A stretch of DNA of 64,000 nucleotides. Source: Tricharina praecox. Its lineage: Eukaryota. Below, piece by piece: positions 61,331 to 64,000 of the stretch (positions within the stretch are counted from its first letter, which is position 1; each line of letters begins with the position of its first letter). The position numbers and the translations under genes were made by a program. Location of the stretch: the NCBI RefSeq assembly GCF_024521635.1, contig NW_026250434.1, positions 310,001-374,000 on the forward strand. The letters are read 5' to 3'. The notes under the pieces are model-generated. The model saw nothing but the letters and a program-made list of their open reading frames with translations, ran no database searches and was not told where the DNA came from.

Positions 61331-62785
61331 CCCTAGGGCATGCCGACCGCTCTGGAGGGCGAGAGCTTCGGGCTGCTAGGACTGCTGGAAGTAGCTCCTA
61401 TTAGTAGTTACCACGATGCGTACGTGGTGGATGGTGAGAGGAAGGTCTACATTAGGTCGCAATTGACGGCGACGGCGACGGCGACTTCGACGAGATACAA
61501 CCACGGATACCCCAACGCCCGCCATAAACCTTTCCCCGTAGGCTGGACGTCGCGACGAAGAATCCGCAAACCACCCTACACTCCCGATCCCCTCGCAGCA
61601 CTGCTCTACAGTCCGGTCCAGGCTGCAGAATCCAGATTATGCCGATGGGAATCTAGATCTCCCTCCAGGGCCCGCAGGATCCACAGGACCCTGCATGCGA
61701 GGGGCACTAGTTACCTGTACAAATCTTAGATCCGCAGTACCCTGTATGCTGTTTCGCATCGCGCCGATGATGGTTTCGGAAGAGATGCCGCTGCGGAAAC
61801 GGAAACGTGGGTTTGGACTAGGTACGAGATGCGTGGGCAGTGGGCAGTGGGCACTGGGCACTGGGAACACGATTTGTGGTTCGATTCGATCGATCGTGGA
61901 TTCGTGGGACTTGACTTGGACGATGATGCAGGACCGGGGATTCAGGGCGGAACCGGAAACGTCGGGAGTGATGTGTAGATGCGCAAGGTGGAATACCGTA
62001 CGCGGGTAGGACTGTGAAGGGGATACTACGCCTGCCAGCGAGCAGGATCGCGAAGAAGTGGAGGGATGGATGGGAGCGTATGACAGCTACGGCTTTCGTC
62101 CACGGGTTTTGTTTTATTTTACGCCAACCGTCGTAGAACAACAGACCACCACCACCACCACCACCACCACCAACACCACCAGCATGACCTCGCCAATCTC
62201 GGACCCCATTCCGCACCCACCAGCGACACAAGCGAAGGGCAGATCCAGATCATCTGCCACTTAACCGAAAGCATCATTCGCCAAATTATAGGGCCTGACG
62301 GCTAACAGCGGCAAAACCCTGCATGAGTGGAATCGGGCATGTGACGATTGCGGCGGACGGAAAGAAACGAGATCCCAGCGATGGGATTCCGTGAAATCTT
62401 TGTTACCTAGTACCTAGGCCAGGCCACTCGACTCGATGAGGGGGATGGGAAGGCGCTGGAAGGAATCTCGCGGGGAACAGCATCTGGATAGGTGGGAATC
62501 ATACGGTACCGGTACTCGATGCTGGAATGATATCGAAAGGGGAAAGAAGTCGTCTTGATCTCGAGGGATGGGGATAGGGATGGGAATGGGAATGGGATGG
62601 TGGGAGGTCGGAAAATTGTTATATCAGCCCCTTCCTCTCCCTCGGCCGTCCTGTTTTCTTTCTTCTTCATCGTCTACCTATCGACAAAGAAGCTCTCTAA
62701 AGCGAACTCCTCCGCCAAATATCCCTACTTATTTCCCGCAACTCCATTACCCTTCAATCTCCAACAGTGTCCTCAAGCCTCAAAG

Positions 62786-62899
62786 ATGGGTTGGCGTTGC
62801 CCGAAATGCGATGTTATCCTTCCCGACCACTACCGCATCTGCATGAGCTGTGGCCAAGCTCCGTTTGTCCGTCGCTCCGGTAAGCAATGCGCTCCATGA
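62786..62899 (+). CDS. Small ORF or first exon with a RanBP2/NZF-type zinc finger
   Basis: MGWRCPKCDVILPDHYRICMSCG = W-x-C-x2-C-x10-C-x2-C; start context caaagATGG; possible GTAAGC donor at 62880. Confidence 0.4.
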   Translation: MGWRCPKCDVILPDHYRICMSCGQAPFVRRSGKQCAP

Positions 62900-64000
62900 G
62901 GAGGAGGAGAAGGAGGAAGAGTGAATGAGCGTGGCTGATGTTTCGTGGAAAGAACTCCGCAAGCACTGCTACGGGCAGGATCATGAAGAGCTTGCATGGC
63001 TTTGCTCCCGGCGGACTTCCACCTACCTGTCGACGAGTGGTGCTGCGAGGCTCCATGAAGATTCCTGACGTGAGGGGATGAGAGGGGGACTTACTCGAAG
63101 TCTGATGGTAGTAAAAGTTGGTCAGCGGGGAGGGGCGGTGTATGCTCTGAATTCGGATTCTGATATCTATTCTTCTTTCGAACGTGGCCGAATGCGGGAG
63201 ATGTGTACTGAATGCACGAAGTAATACGGATATTTGTTCTCATCACACCCCGCTCATAGGCTCGTATTCGAGTGTGTTCCCGTCCCTCCCGTGAAACCCT
63301 ACCGGCGAACGGGCGGGCGCAGGTCTCCTCCTCGGTTTCCTTCGTAGGAATCCATATGTAGGCGAAGAACTCATATCGCCGGGACTCGTGAGGTGTGAGG
63401 TGTGCTCCGCAAAGCAGCCTTTCAGTCGGAGACTACATAGAGTGACAAGCCAACGCCTATATCTGGGTAGATTGAGGGTGTCCTCCTTCCCCTCTTCCGT
63501 CGACATTATGTACAAACAATCACGAAGAGCGGCACGGTTTTTTTACGTTTAAATTTTTTCTTCTGGATTTTATATTAAAAAAAGAAAAATTGATGACAAA
63601 TATTACGCCCTTCCATGGTCTCCTCGCAGGGCTGTCAACCGTCCGTCCGGACTAGTTTCGTCCCGGGCAGGCTTTCCAGCGGATTGATCCATTCCGTCCG
63701 GAGGATGAAAAGCCCGGATACCCGCCAGGTACCTATCATAGGTACCTGATAGCACTAGCGTGTTATGCTGACTACTACTAGATGATTTCATTAGTACTGG
63801 GATAGGCTGAATCTTGGCGCTGCAAGATGAGGCTGATGACAGTGAGAGGGTCTCCCTCTCATCACCCAACAGTCCCAACCACCACAACTATCATGATGAC
63901 AATGTCAAAAAATGTTTGAGGGAAAGAAAAGGTCTTGAACAGTGGTTGTGGTGATAATTAAATCGCTGTTTTGAAGAAAAATGAGAAATGTATGAAGGTT

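Noticed and set aside
61870..61900. GGTTCGATTC T-loop-like word (tRNA/SINE B box)
   Set aside because: No T-stem, acceptor stem or A box; part of a TCGAT simple repeat
1..64000. CRISPR arrays, rRNA, spliceosomal snRNAs, TPP riboswitch, secondary-metabolite cluster
   Set aside because: Eukaryotic DNA; the tandem repeats lack unique spacers; no diagnostic motifs seen by eye (an Rfam scan would be needed to exclude ncRNAs)

Overview
Eukaryotic, intron-containing DNA from a filamentous ascomycete (GT-AG introns of about 50-110 nt with CTRAC/CTAAT branch sites; Pezizomycotina, possibly Pezizomycetes, which is an inference). Seven conserved genes can be recognised and most spliced by hand: a secreted CE1 acetylxylan esterase with C-terminal CBM1, RPS24, nucleoporin NSP1, a C2H2 + fungal-TF-domain transcription factor, a Cdc25-type Ras GEF, decapping enzyme DCP2 and tRNA Gm18 methyltransferase TRM3. 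There is also a probable Ybp1/glomulin-family gene, two hypothetical ORFs and a partial gene at the left edge. Two long intergenic tracts (about 9.4-16.8 kb and 19.5-33.7 kb) are saturated with simple repeats. The right end (55.5-64 kb) is accessory: a decayed gag-only Copia-like LTR element whose 3' LTR is joined tail-to-tail to an inverted third LTR, a 1.55 kb non-autonomous TIR element with a CCCTAGGG target duplication, and a tiny RanBP2-type zinc-finger ORF. I see no tRNA, rRNA or CRISPR array and no clearly novel multi-gene system. The best leads are the gag-only element with its inverted LTR pair, the TIR element, an overlapping uORF on DCP2, several stop-free 3n introns and a tandem repeat of the esterase stop codon.
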